Assembly: GCA_043819555.1 (NCBI GenBank)
Contig: JBDREQ010000025.1
Coordinates: 32,001-96,000, forward strand
Source: Candidatus Zixiibacteriota bacterium
GTDB taxonomy: Bacteria > Zixibacteria > MSB-5A5 > GN15 > JAAZOE01
Length of the DNA: 64,000 nt
Direction of reading: 5' to 3'
The notes under the pieces are model-generated. The model had not been told where the DNA came from, did no database searches, and saw only the letters and a program-made list of their open reading frames with translations. The position numbers were made by a program, and so were the translations under genes. Positions 20,370 to 29,187 of this stretch are shown piece by piece (position 1 is the first letter of the stretch; each line of letters starts with the position of its first letter).

Positions 20370-21851
20370 ATGAAACTTTCATGTTATGTTTCCAATGTAT
20401 TTGAGATAGCGGCCAAAGCGGCTGTGATTTTCTGCCATAAAAATGAAATTCCAAAAGGCGATGTAATAGAAAAGATCGATATTCTGACCAATGGTGCGGT
20501 CAGTGAGATGTTCGCATCCGGAGAATTTGATGGTTCTGAGGCGAAAGCTGTCATGATACATCAGGTTCCCGAAACAGCTTCCCGCCGAATAATTATTGCC
20601 GGATTGGGCGATAAGAAAACGGTGACTTTTGATACGTATCGTAAAGCGGCCGGAATTGTTGGGAAAATGGCGTTATCACACAAATTAGAGGACGTTTCAT
20701 TTTATTTTGACGGTTCTGCCACTAATCCCATAACCTCGGCGATTTTCGAAGGATTTGTTCTCGGAAGTTATCGCTATGAGGAATATAAATCGGATAAGAA
20801 AGAAATTATCAAATCGATGTCAGTGGTTGTTCCTCAGCAGGGCAAACTGCGCCAGGCGGAAGCCGGTATGGCGCGGGGGGAGATTATAGCCGGCGCGGTG
20901 ACTCATTGCCGCGATTTAGTCAATGCTCCGGGAAATAATCTTTATCCAGAGACGTATGCCAAAGAGGCGGCTCGAATGGCGAAGAAATATAAATTCAATT
21001 GCAAAATCTTAGGCCCCTCAGAAATCAAGAAAGAAAAAATGGGGGCGTTATTATCGGTCAGCAAAGGTTCGGATAATCCGCCTCGTTTCGTAATCCTTGA
21101 ATATAATGGCAGCCCCAAAGGCAAACCGGTCGTGATAATAGGCAAAGGCGTGACTTTTGATTCGGGCGGGCTATCGTTAAAGACAGCGGCAGGCATGATT
21201 GATATGAAAAATGATATGACCGGATCGGCCGTAGTCCTAAATGTAATTGCCGCAGCCGCTCGGTTAAATGCCAAAATAAATTTGGTCGCTCTGATGCCAT
21301 TGGTGGAAAACATGCCTTCGGGTAAAGCCAGCCGTCCCGGTGATGTTGTTATATCACGCGCCGGACATTCAATTGAGATAATCAGTACCGATGCCGAAGG
21401 CCGGTTGATTTTGGCCGATGCTTTGGATTATGCGGAAACATTCGATCCCCAGGCAATTCTTGATATCGCGACATTAACCGGAGCGGCCAAGTATATTCTG
21501 GGTTACGCCGGAGCTGTTTTCGCCGGAAATAATAAGAAACTGATTGATAGTATTCACGCCGCGTCATTCGCGACCGGGGAGAGAGTCTGGGATCTGCCAA
21601 TCTGGAAAGATTTCGAAGACGCCATGAAATCGGATATCGCTGATTTGAAAAATTCCGGAGGCGCTGACGCCGGTACTCTGAAAGCCGCTGCGTTTTTGAA
21701 AAAATTTATAAAAGACAGGGCGTGGGCGCATATTGATATCGCTTATGTCGATCTTGAGCCGAAGGGATTGCCTTATGTTCCCAAAGGGGCAACCGGCTTC
21801 GGTGTGCGATTGCTTCTGGAGCTAATTATGCGCTGGAAAAAAGTTGACTAA
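20370..21851 (+). CDS. pepA: Leucyl aminopeptidase (M17)
   Basis: GKGVTFDSGG.SLK, MK.DM.G, TDAEGRLILAD, ATLTGA and WAHIDIA motifs. Confidence 0.95.
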   Translation: MKLSCYVSNVFEIAAKAAVIFCHKNEIPKGDVIEKIDILTNGAVSEMFASGEFDGSEAKAVMIHQVPETASRRIIIAGLGDKKTVTFDTYRKAAGIVGKMALSHKLEDVSFYFDGSATNPITSAIFEGFVLGSYRYEEYKSDKKEIIKSMSVVVPQQGKLRQAEAGMARGEIIAGAVTHCRDLVNAPGNNLYPETYAKEAARMAKKYKFNCKILGPSEIKKEKMGALLSVSKGSDNPPRFVILEYNGSPKGKPVVIIGKGVTFDSGGLSLKTAAGMIDMKNDMTGSAVVLNVIAAAARLNAKINLVALMPLVENMPSGKASRPGDVVISRAGHSIEIISTDAEGRLILADALDYAETFDPQAILDIATLTGAAKYILGYAGAVFAGNNKKLIDSIHAASFATGERVWDLPIWKDFEDAMKSDIADLKNSGGADAGTLKAAAFLKKFIKDRAWAHIDIAYVDLEPKGLPYVPKGATGFGVRLLLELIMRWKKVD

Positions 21852-21863
21852 ATAATATTTAAG

Positions 21864-21894
21864 AAAAAACCCCGCTTTGAAGCAGGGTTTTTTT
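21864..21894. terminator. Bidirectional intrinsic terminator between convergent genes
   Basis: AAAAAACCCCGCTT-TG-AAGCAGGGTTTTTTT. Confidence 0.85.
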
Positions 21895-21915
21895 ATCAAT
21901 AATTTTCTCTATTTC

Positions 21916-22962
21916 TTAATTTGACCAGGCAGGATTGGAATGATTCCCGGCGCCGGAAAGTGGTGTCAGATTTTCCCCATTAATATCTATAATAAAGATT
22001 GTGCCGTCGGCAGTGGCAAAAGTTATCCATTTTGAATTCGGCGCCCATCCGACCGGATGAGGATTTAGCTGCTGCGAAATAGTGGGAGAGAAAACAAGCC
22101 TGTTTTCGCTAAGATCTGATTTAATGATATATATCCCGGAATTGCGCATGTCGTTACTTACATAAGCCAGCCATTGTCCGTCCGGGGACCATTGGGGGGC
22201 TAAAGCGTTTTTTAGGCCCGGGCTGGGTATTCGGATTTCGCTTTCCGAGAGCATAACATCTTTTGTGTCAATTATCCTGATACCGAAATTCTGAAAGTTA
22301 TATTTATCCGGATTAAGGCTGTAATTGACCAGAAAGGCCATTTTTTTGCCATCCCGCGTAAAAGTCGGCTGCATAAAATTGGTCGATAATGTCTGCCAAT
22401 CCTTGCGGAAATAATCGGCGTGGCCGTCGGCGATACTCACTTTAGTTAATTGCATCGAGGGAACGATATAATCAACAAAGCCGGCGTTAATATCATTGAC
22501 ATAGTAAATCAAAGTGTCATTGTCTGACCACTGGGGATTGGAACCGCCCAATCCGAATGTTGTTCGCGTCCACCAGCCGAGATTAGTTGAGGCGGAATCA
22601 ATATAGGCCAGAAAAATATCATAGAGAACGTGCGCTCCGCCTTCATCTGACGGCAATTTGCTGGCATCTTGCCCTTTGCGAGCAAAAGCAATTTTTTTGT
22701 TGTCAGGAGAGAATGACAGTCGTCCAGAGGCATTAGTTATTTCACAGATAATGCGGCGATTTTTGCCGTCACTATCCATTATCCATATGCCTCCGTCTTT
22801 GATGAATGCAATTGTCCCCAAGGGACGAGGACCTGCATCAATTTTACCTGCATTGAGCGCTGGTTGTTGAGGAGCGGGCTTATCGCTATCCGCAAAGGTA
22901 AATGGCCCGGTTCCGAATATTAACACTAAGGCAATTACAAAGGCAAAATAAATTCGTGTCAT
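21916..22962 (-). CDS. Exported TolB-like beta-propeller (PD40 repeats)
   Basis: Signal peptide and repeated P.WSPDG / FSPD..KIAF motifs. Confidence 0.75.
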   Translation of the reverse strand: MTRIYFAFVIALVLIFGTGPFTFADSDKPAPQQPALNAGKIDAGPRPLGTIAFIKDGGIWIMDSDGKNRRIICEITNASGRLSFSPDNKKIAFARKGQDASKLPSDEGGAHVLYDIFLAYIDSASTNLGWWTRTTFGLGGSNPQWSDNDTLIYYVNDINAGFVDYIVPSMQLTKVSIADGHADYFRKDWQTLSTNFMQPTFTRDGKKMAFLVNYSLNPDKYNFQNFGIRIIDTKDVMLSESEIRIPSPGLKNALAPQWSPDGQWLAYVSNDMRNSGIYIIKSDLSENRLVFSPTISQQLNPHPVGWAPNSKWITFATADGTIFIIDINGENLTPLSGAGNHSNPAWSN

Positions 22963-23027
22963 CTAAATGTCCTTACCAAAATTCAAAGAAGCTCTAATAT
23001 ATGAATCCGGCCGGTAAGAAACAAGTT

Positions 23028-23897
23028 CTACCAGCAGAAATATCTTTTCAGACCAAATTGAGCCCTGGGTCCGGAAAGATTAAGTTCCACCCGATCGCCG
23101 CTGAAGTTGTATCCAGCCACAACTTCTTCGTTACTGCTATTATACCATTTCATTTTGGTAAAGTTCAGGTATTGATAATTTAATGTGCCTTCGAGTATAA
23201 GCCCGCCCATCTTAATGGGGTACTCGGCCGATACATGAGCTGAAAATCCGGGCGCCGTGCCTGTTAGATTGCCTTCAACCGTTGATGCTGCCTGAGTGCT
23301 TAAGTTAAATCCTGAATAACCATCCCATAAATCCCATTTGGCGAAATACAAACCGGCGCCCCCGCCGACTTTCAGAGCCGCCTTATTTAAAATTCCAAAT
23401 TTGTCCGGTCCGTTAATAAGATAATGATCATAAGAACCAGAAAAACCATAAACCTGAATTTGTGAACTTAAATCAAAATCCGTACGGACATCGGTGTCCT
23501 CCAGATTCAAGCTTGTAAGGTCATAATTGCCGACGTCTTTGCTGCCCATTTTTAGCCAATAAGTCAGGCCAACCTGGGCCGAGGATTTGGGAGATGTCAA
23601 TAACCCGAATCCAAGATAGAACTCTTTGGAATTATAAATGCCATCGATGCTGACCGGATCTCCGGCAGCGGTGGCCATCAGCGGGGATACATGTCCCGTA
23701 AAATAATTGTAATCATTATCCCGATTGAGGCGGCCAAAAGAACCCTGAATTATTAAGTAGCCAACCTTTTTAATTTGGTTTTTCTCTGCCCTTTTAAGGA
23801 ATTTATTGACCAGTTCCTCTTCAGTTTGCGCATACGAAGGGATGGTAAGGAGTAGTGAAACAACAATAATTGCAAAAAAGAATATACGAGTGCGCAT
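23028..23897 (-). CDS. Putative outer-membrane beta-barrel protein
   Basis: Signal peptide, alternating Gly/aromatic strands and an aromatic C-terminus (GLKRYFCW). Confidence 0.55.
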   Translation of the reverse strand: MRTRIFFFAIIVVSLLLTIPSYAQTEEELVNKFLKRAEKNQIKKVGYLIIQGSFGRLNRDNDYNYFTGHVSPLMATAAGDPVSIDGIYNSKEFYLGFGLLTSPKSSAQVGLTYWLKMGSKDVGNYDLTSLNLEDTDVRTDFDLSSQIQVYGFSGSYDHYLINGPDKFGILNKAALKVGGGAGLYFAKWDLWDGYSGFNLSTQAASTVEGNLTGTAPGFSAHVSAEYPIKMGGLILEGTLNYQYLNFTKMKWYNSSNEEVVAGYNFSGDRVELNLSGPRAQFGLKRYFCW

Positions 23898-23935
23898 TTT
23901 AGCCTCCTGTTTAGAAAAATGACAGTTTTGTCATG

Positions 23936-23963
23936 TTATCGGAAGTAAACGGCGTAATCTTAA
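23936..23963 (-). promoter_or_regulatory. Sigma28-like promoter
   Basis: Minus strand TTAAG-N15-TCCGATAA, about 40 nt upstream of the start at 23897. Confidence 0.5.
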
Positions 23964-24000
23964 GCAAGAAAGTTAGTTTTGGGAAAAATAGCCTGATATA

Positions 24001-24028
24001 AAAAACGCCGGTGTAAACCGGCGTTTTT
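24001..24028 (-). terminator. Intrinsic terminator of nifJ
   Basis: AAAAACGCCGGT-GTAA-ACCGGCGTTTTT. Confidence 0.85.
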
Positions 24029-24050
24029 GTAATGTGCAATAAAAACTAAG

Positions 24051-27000
24051 CTATTTTTCGGGCTCATCGCTAAAACTTAGTTTGGCGAGTTGTTCATAGA
24101 CATGGAAGCGAAGAGAGGCGTCTTGCTGAGCCAATTTGCCGAGACGTTCGGCTCTTTCCGGATCAATGCCTTTCAGAGATCTCCAGCGGTTTTCGCCCAT
24201 AGCGTATTCCGAATATGGGATTGACGGGGTTTTGGAATCCATTGTTAAAGGATTCTTTCCATCTTCAATAAGAGTTGGGTTAAATCTCATCAGGGGCCAA
24301 TGACCGCATTTAACCGCCTTATTCTGTTCTTCAAATCCGTGAGCCATGTCAATTCCGTGGGCGATACAATGACTGTAAGCTATTATGATTGAAGGACCAT
24401 CGTAGGCTTCCGCTTCCATGAAAGCTTTTACCGTTTGATTCTGACTGGCCCCCATTGCTACGCGGGCAACATAGACATTGCCATAGGCCATAGCCATCAT
24501 ACCCAGGTCTTTCTTGGGCAACGGCTTACCTGCCGCGGCAAACTGCGCCGTGGCTCCTCGCGGCGTGGATTTTGACATCTGGCCGCCCGTGTTGGAATAG
24601 ACTTCGGTATCAAGAACGAGCAAATTGACGTTTTTGCCGGAAGCCAGGACATGGTCAAGACCGCCGTAACCGATATCATAAGCCCAGCCGTCTCCGCCAA
24701 TACCCCACACGGATTTATTGACCAAATAATCGGCAATTTCAAACAACCGTTTGGAGTCAGCGCTGCTATTGGATTTGATTTTATCTTTCAGTTTTGCGAC
24801 TCGGCCGCGTTGTTTTTCAATTGCGATCGGTTCGGATTGGTCCGCGTTTTTAATATCATCATAATCATCGGGACTGATCTTTTTAACCAATTCCAAAGCA
24901 TATTCTTTAAGCTTATCAACGGTCAGCCGCATCCCATAGGCAAATTCGGCACAATCTTCAAAGAGAGAATTGGACCATGATGGTCCCCGGCCATCGGCAC
25001 GCTTGGCGAATGGAGTCGTGGGGAGATTGCCTCCGTAAATGGAAGAGCATCCGGTCGCGTTTCCTATAAGGGCGCGGTCGCCGAATAACTGCGATACCAA
25101 TTTGACGTACGGGGTTTCACCGCATCCGGAACAGGCGCCCGAGAATTCAAATAACGGTCTGATGAACTGACTGCCTTTGACCGAGTTGATTTTGTACAGG
25201 GATGGATCGGTTTCGGGAATCGTCAGGAAGAAATCAAAATTCTCTGCCTCCAGTTTGCGAAGCGGAGCTTGCAAAGACATGTTAATCGCTTTGCGGCCGG
25301 TCTTCTGCTTGTTATCATCTTTTTCAAAGGCTGGACAAACATTAACGCAGACCATACATCCGGTACAGTCCTCAGGCGCGACCTGGAGAGTATATTTCAT
25401 GCTTTTGAAAGTAGGACCAGTGGCATCGGCAGATTTAAATGCATCGGGAGCCTTGTCCAAAATCGCCGGGTCGTATGCTTTTTGCAAAATTGCCGCATGA
25501 GGGCAGACCATAACGCATTGACCGCATTGAATGCATATTTCCTCATCCCAGACTGGAATTTCGACCGCGATATTACGCTTCTCGTATTGAGTTGTGGCGG
25601 TCATATAGGTTCCGTCTGCGGGGAATGCGGAAACCGGCAGGTCGTCACCGCGGCCGGCTATTATTTCGGCGGTGACATTCTTGACGAAATCGGGAGCGCT
25701 GGCCGGAACCACCGGCGGCATAACAATATCACTGGTGACTTCATTGGGATAAGTCACCTTAAAAATAGCATTTATGGCGCCATCGACGGCGGAATAGTTC
25801 ATGTTAACAACTTTTTCGCCTTTGCGGCCGTAGGTCTTTTCAATCGCCTTCTTAATTTCCTTGACGCTTTGCTCTTTGGGGAGAATTTCGGAGATGATAA
25901 AAAAGGCCGTCTGCATGATCATATTAATTCGCGAACCAAGACCGAGTTTTTTGCCCAGGGCCAAAGCGTCTATAACATAAAAATTGAGTTTTTTATCAGT
26001 TATTTGTTTCTGGACTTCCCTGGGCATTTTATCCCAGACTTCATCGGCCGAATAGGGGCTATTGAGCAGGAAAGTTCCGCCATTAATTACTGAGGAAAGC
26101 ATATCATATTTTTCGAGGAATGAAAAATTATGACAGGCGACAAGATTGGCCTGTGAAATGAGATAGGGGCTCAGGATCGGTTTTTTGCTGAAGCGGACAT
26201 GCGATACGGTGATAGCTCCTGCTTTTTTGGAATCATAAACAAAATATCCCTGAGCATAGTTATCCGTATTTTCGCCAATAATTTTAATTGTGTTTTTATT
26301 GGCTCCAACAGTCCCGTCAGCTCCAAGGCCATAGAATAATGCCCGATATACGTCGTCAGATTCGGTATTGAAACTCCTGTCGTAATCCAGACTAGTATTT
26401 GTAACATCATCAACTATTGAGACCGTGAAATGATTTTTCGGTTTGGCCGCGCTCAGGTTATCAAAAGTTCCTTTGACATCGGCGGGTGTGAAGTCCTTAG
26501 AACCCAATCCATATCTTCCGCCGACTACTACTGGTGACGCGTCAAGAGGCAGAGTGTTATTCTGTTCGGCCTCTCTTAAAGCGCTCTGAACGTCAACATA
26601 AAGAGGCTCACCCATGGAGCCCGGTTCTTTGGTACGATCCAAAACAGCGATTGCCTTGACAGTTTTCGGGAGAGCATTGATTAAGGCGTGTGAATCGAAT
26701 GGACGATATAGACGGACTTTGAGGAGACCGACTTTTTCACCCTGACTATTAAGATAATTGACGGTTTCATGAGCACATTCGGCGCCGGAACCCATAATGA
26801 CGATTACCCGTTCGGCTTCAGGGTGACCGACATAGTCAAATAGATGGTACTGCCGTCCAGTCAACTGAGCAAACTGGTTCATTTTGCTTTGTACAATTTC
26901 AGGCGCGGCCAGATAATATTTATTGACCGTCTCACGCGACTGGAAGAACACATCGGGATTTTGCGATGTGCCTTTGATCGTCGGCTTATCCGGATTTAAA

Positions 27001-27677
27001 GCTCGATTACGGTGCGCAAACACCATTCCATCGGTAATCATCTGTTTCATTGTTTCTTGATTGACTTCACAAACTTTCTGGACTTCATGCGAAGTACGGA
27101 AGCCGTCGAAAGCATGAACAAATGGCACCCGGCTATCTAACGATGCGGCTTGCGATATAAGAGCCATATCCATAGCTTCCTGCACCGATCCGGACAGAAT
27201 AAGACCAAATCCGGTGGAACGAACGGCCATAATATCGGAATGATCGCCAAAAATCGATAAGGCATGAGTCGCAACTGCCCGGGCTGAAACATGAAATGTA
27301 GTCGGAGTCAATTCCCCGGCAATCTTAAACATATTGGGTATCATTAGAAGCAAGCCCTGTGAAGCGGTAAAAGTAGTCGCCAATGATCCACTGGTCACGG
27401 CTCCATGAACCGCGCCGGCGGCCCCGGCTTCCGATTGCATTTCGGTCACGATTGGAATCGTGCCCCAGATATTGGTTTTCCCGGCCGCCGAATAAGCGTC
27501 AGAAACTTCACCCATAACTGAAGAAGGTGTAATCGGATAAATCGCGATCACCTCATTAATGGCATGGGCGACATCGGCAACAGCCGTGTTACCGTCAATA
27601 GTAATCATATTGGCGGAAATTGTGCCGGTCGATCCTTTGGCGTCCGGTTTATCTTTTGAAGCTGTCTTGCTTTGCAT
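24051..27677 (-). CDS. nifJ: Pyruvate:ferredoxin (flavodoxin) oxidoreductase, single-chain
   Basis: YPITPSS, QSEAGAAG, GLGADGTVGANK, two 4Fe-4S motifs, FSGAC.GCGETPY, GGDGWAYDIG and DTEVYSNTGGQ. Confidence 0.97.
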   Translation of the reverse strand: MQSKTASKDKPDAKGSTGTISANMITIDGNTAVADVAHAINEVIAIYPITPSSVMGEVSDAYSAAGKTNIWGTIPIVTEMQSEAGAAGAVHGAVTSGSLATTFTASQGLLLMIPNMFKIAGELTPTTFHVSARAVATHALSIFGDHSDIMAVRSTGFGLILSGSVQEAMDMALISQAASLDSRVPFVHAFDGFRTSHEVQKVCEVNQETMKQMITDGMVFAHRNRALNPDKPTIKGTSQNPDVFFQSRETVNKYYLAAPEIVQSKMNQFAQLTGRQYHLFDYVGHPEAERVIVIMGSGAECAHETVNYLNSQGEKVGLLKVRLYRPFDSHALINALPKTVKAIAVLDRTKEPGSMGEPLYVDVQSALREAEQNNTLPLDASPVVVGGRYGLGSKDFTPADVKGTFDNLSAAKPKNHFTVSIVDDVTNTSLDYDRSFNTESDDVYRALFYGLGADGTVGANKNTIKIIGENTDNYAQGYFVYDSKKAGAITVSHVRFSKKPILSPYLISQANLVACHNFSFLEKYDMLSSVINGGTFLLNSPYSADEVWDKMPREVQKQITDKKLNFYVIDALALGKKLGLGSRINMIMQTAFFIISEILPKEQSVKEIKKAIEKTYGRKGEKVVNMNYSAVDGAINAIFKVTYPNEVTSDIVMPPVVPASAPDFVKNVTAEIIAGRGDDLPVSAFPADGTYMTATTQYEKRNIAVEIPVWDEEICIQCGQCVMVCPHAAILQKAYDPAILDKAPDAFKSADATGPTFKSMKYTLQVAPEDCTGCMVCVNVCPAFEKDDNKQKTGRKAINMSLQAPLRKLEAENFDFFLTIPETDPSLYKINSVKGSQFIRPLFEFSGACSGCGETPYVKLVSQLFGDRALIGNATGCSSIYGGNLPTTPFAKRADGRGPSWSNSLFEDCAEFAYGMRLTVDKLKEYALELVKKISPDDYDDIKNADQSEPIAIEKQRGRVAKLKDKIKSNSSADSKRLFEIADYLVNKSVWGIGGDGWAYDIGYGGLDHVLASGKNVNLLVLDTEVYSNTGGQMSKSTPRGATAQFAAAGKPLPKKDLGMMAMAYGNVYVARVAMGASQNQTVKAFMEAEAYDGPSIIIAYSHCIAHGIDMAHGFEEQNKAVKCGHWPLMRFNPTLIEDGKNPLTMDSKTPSIPYSEYAMGENRWRSLKGIDPERAERLGKLAQQDASLRFHVYEQLAKLSFSDEPEK

Positions 27678-27715
27678 ATTAACTCCTCTGTTACTCTAAA
27701 CTTCCCTTTCAGAAA

Positions 27716-27774
27716 ATTATCCTATCCGGGGAAGTATAAGTCAAAATTATCCTCTCCCAAATTCAGACGGTCAA
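27716..27774 (-). promoter_or_regulatory. Two tandem sigma70-type promoters upstream of nifJ
   Basis: Minus strand TTGACC-N17-GATAAT (27774-27746) and TTGACT-N17-GATAAT (27744-27716). Confidence 0.7.
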
Positions 27775-27854
27775 TATATGAAAAAATCAAAAAAAAGATA
27801 CACTCAAATTCTCAATTTTATTCGTGTTTGAAATCGACGTAATTTTTGTTTTCC

Positions 27855-28406
27855 TTATATTTTGGCCGGAGTAATCCGTTTTTGAGCCTGATATTTCCCT
27901 TTTTTGTCTGCGTACGAAACCTGGCATAATTCGTCGGCCTCAAAAAACAACAATTGGCCGATTCCTTCATTTGCATAAATTTTAACCGGCATCGGCGCTG
28001 TATTGCAAATGGCCAGGGTGGCGAATCCTTCCCACTCAGGTTCAAAAGGCGTAACGTTTATAACTACTCCGCAGCGGGCATAGGTTGATTTCCCCTGGCA
28101 GATAGTCAAAATATTTCGCGGAATCTTAAAATATTCGACGGTCTGTCCCAAGGCAAAAGTATGCGGGGGGAGAAGCAGTGTTTTACTTTTTATTGTTGTA
28201 AATGAAGAAATATCAAAGTTTTTGGGATCAATAATACAGGCTTCAATGGGATTAAATATTTTGAACTCATCGGCTACTCTGAAATCATATCCATACGAAG
28301 CCACCCCATACGATACACCTCTTCGTATTTGCCGGGGTGAAAACGGCCGAATCATATTTTTTTGCCTGGCCATTTTCTTGATCCAGGCATCACATTTTAT
28401 CGCCAT
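27855..28406 (-). CDS. dcd: dCTP deaminase
   Basis: [32 protein letters not shown] and Y.D..GKYQ.Q motifs. Confidence 0.95.
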   Translation of the reverse strand: MAIKCDAWIKKMARQKNMIRPFSPRQIRRGVSYGVASYGYDFRVADEFKIFNPIEACIIDPKNFDISSFTTIKSKTLLLPPHTFALGQTVEYFKIPRNILTICQGKSTYARCGVVINVTPFEPEWEGFATLAICNTAPMPVKIYANEGIGQLLFFEADELCQVSYADKKGKYQAQKRITPAKI

Positions 28407-28482
28407 TCGATGCGCTCCGAAATAAAATCCTTATACCTCGCCGTCCATCAGCAGGGTATAGTAAAAATTACTTCGGCGTTTG

Positions 28483-28911
28483 TCAAACTTTTTGAGACTC
28501 TATTGCCTGTTTTTGCAATGCCAGTAAATCAGAAACAGTGTGGCTTTCAAAAACGTCAACCAAAGCAAATTGTGCTTTTTCAAGTAAAACTCTCAAGACG
28601 CAGTCAACTCGATCGCAAGCATCGGCATTATATAAACATTTCGCTATATAATATGGGCCATGAACGCTCTCGACAATCTGTTTGATTGTAATTTCATCCG
28701 GGGACTCCGCCAAAGAGAATCCGCCCTTTACTCCTCGATGCGAAATAACAATTCCCGATTTAGATAATGATTGAAAAATTTTGGCCAGAAATTTCTCTGG
28801 AACAGCTTGAGCTTCAGAAATCTCAGAAAGAGGGACGATCTTGCCAGATGGCTGTATAGCCAGATGGAGTACACCGAATATTCCATATGACTCAGCCTTA
28901 GTAAATTGCAT
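28483..28911 (-). CDS. Rrf2-family transcriptional regulator with three Cys (candidate Fe-S sensor)
   Basis: FL.KIFQ.L...G.V.S.RG..GGF.LA wHTH and C-x6-C-x4-C. Confidence 0.9.
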   Translation of the reverse strand: MQFTKAESYGIFGVLHLAIQPSGKIVPLSEISEAQAVPEKFLAKIFQSLSKSGIVISHRGVKGGFSLAESPDEITIKQIVESVHGPYYIAKCLYNADACDRVDCVLRVLLEKAQFALVDVFESHTVSDLLALQKQAIESQKV

Positions 28912-28960
28912 TAATCCTCTCCCAGTTAAGGCATCTCGTCAATATATATTTATCCCACGC

Positions 28961-28996
28961 TTTATTATACTATTCCTGGATGAATAGGTCAATAAA
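28961..28996 (-). promoter_or_regulatory. Sigma70 promoter of the Rrf2 gene overlapped by an inverted repeat (putative operator)
   Basis: Minus strand TTGACC-N17-TATAAT. Inverted repeat TTTATT-N3-CTATTC-N6-GAATAG-N3-AATAAA. Confidence 0.75.
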
Positions 28997-29187
28997 ATTT
29001 GTGCATTTTTTCACAAATTCGATAAAAATATTTGAAGACTAAAGTTGTCGTAAAACCCGCATTATTGTGTCTAACTTGTTGAATATCAATGACATGATAA
29101 TGGAATACATAAGCCACATAGTTATAATATAGATTTCATGTATCCCATAAACTTGACTTTGGGCGCTATATTGAGATATATTCATAT

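Noticed and set aside
25269..26093. 274-aa + strand ORF and other short antisense ORFs inside strong genes
   Set aside because: Shadow ORFs opposite well-conserved genes such as nifJ, with no motifs.
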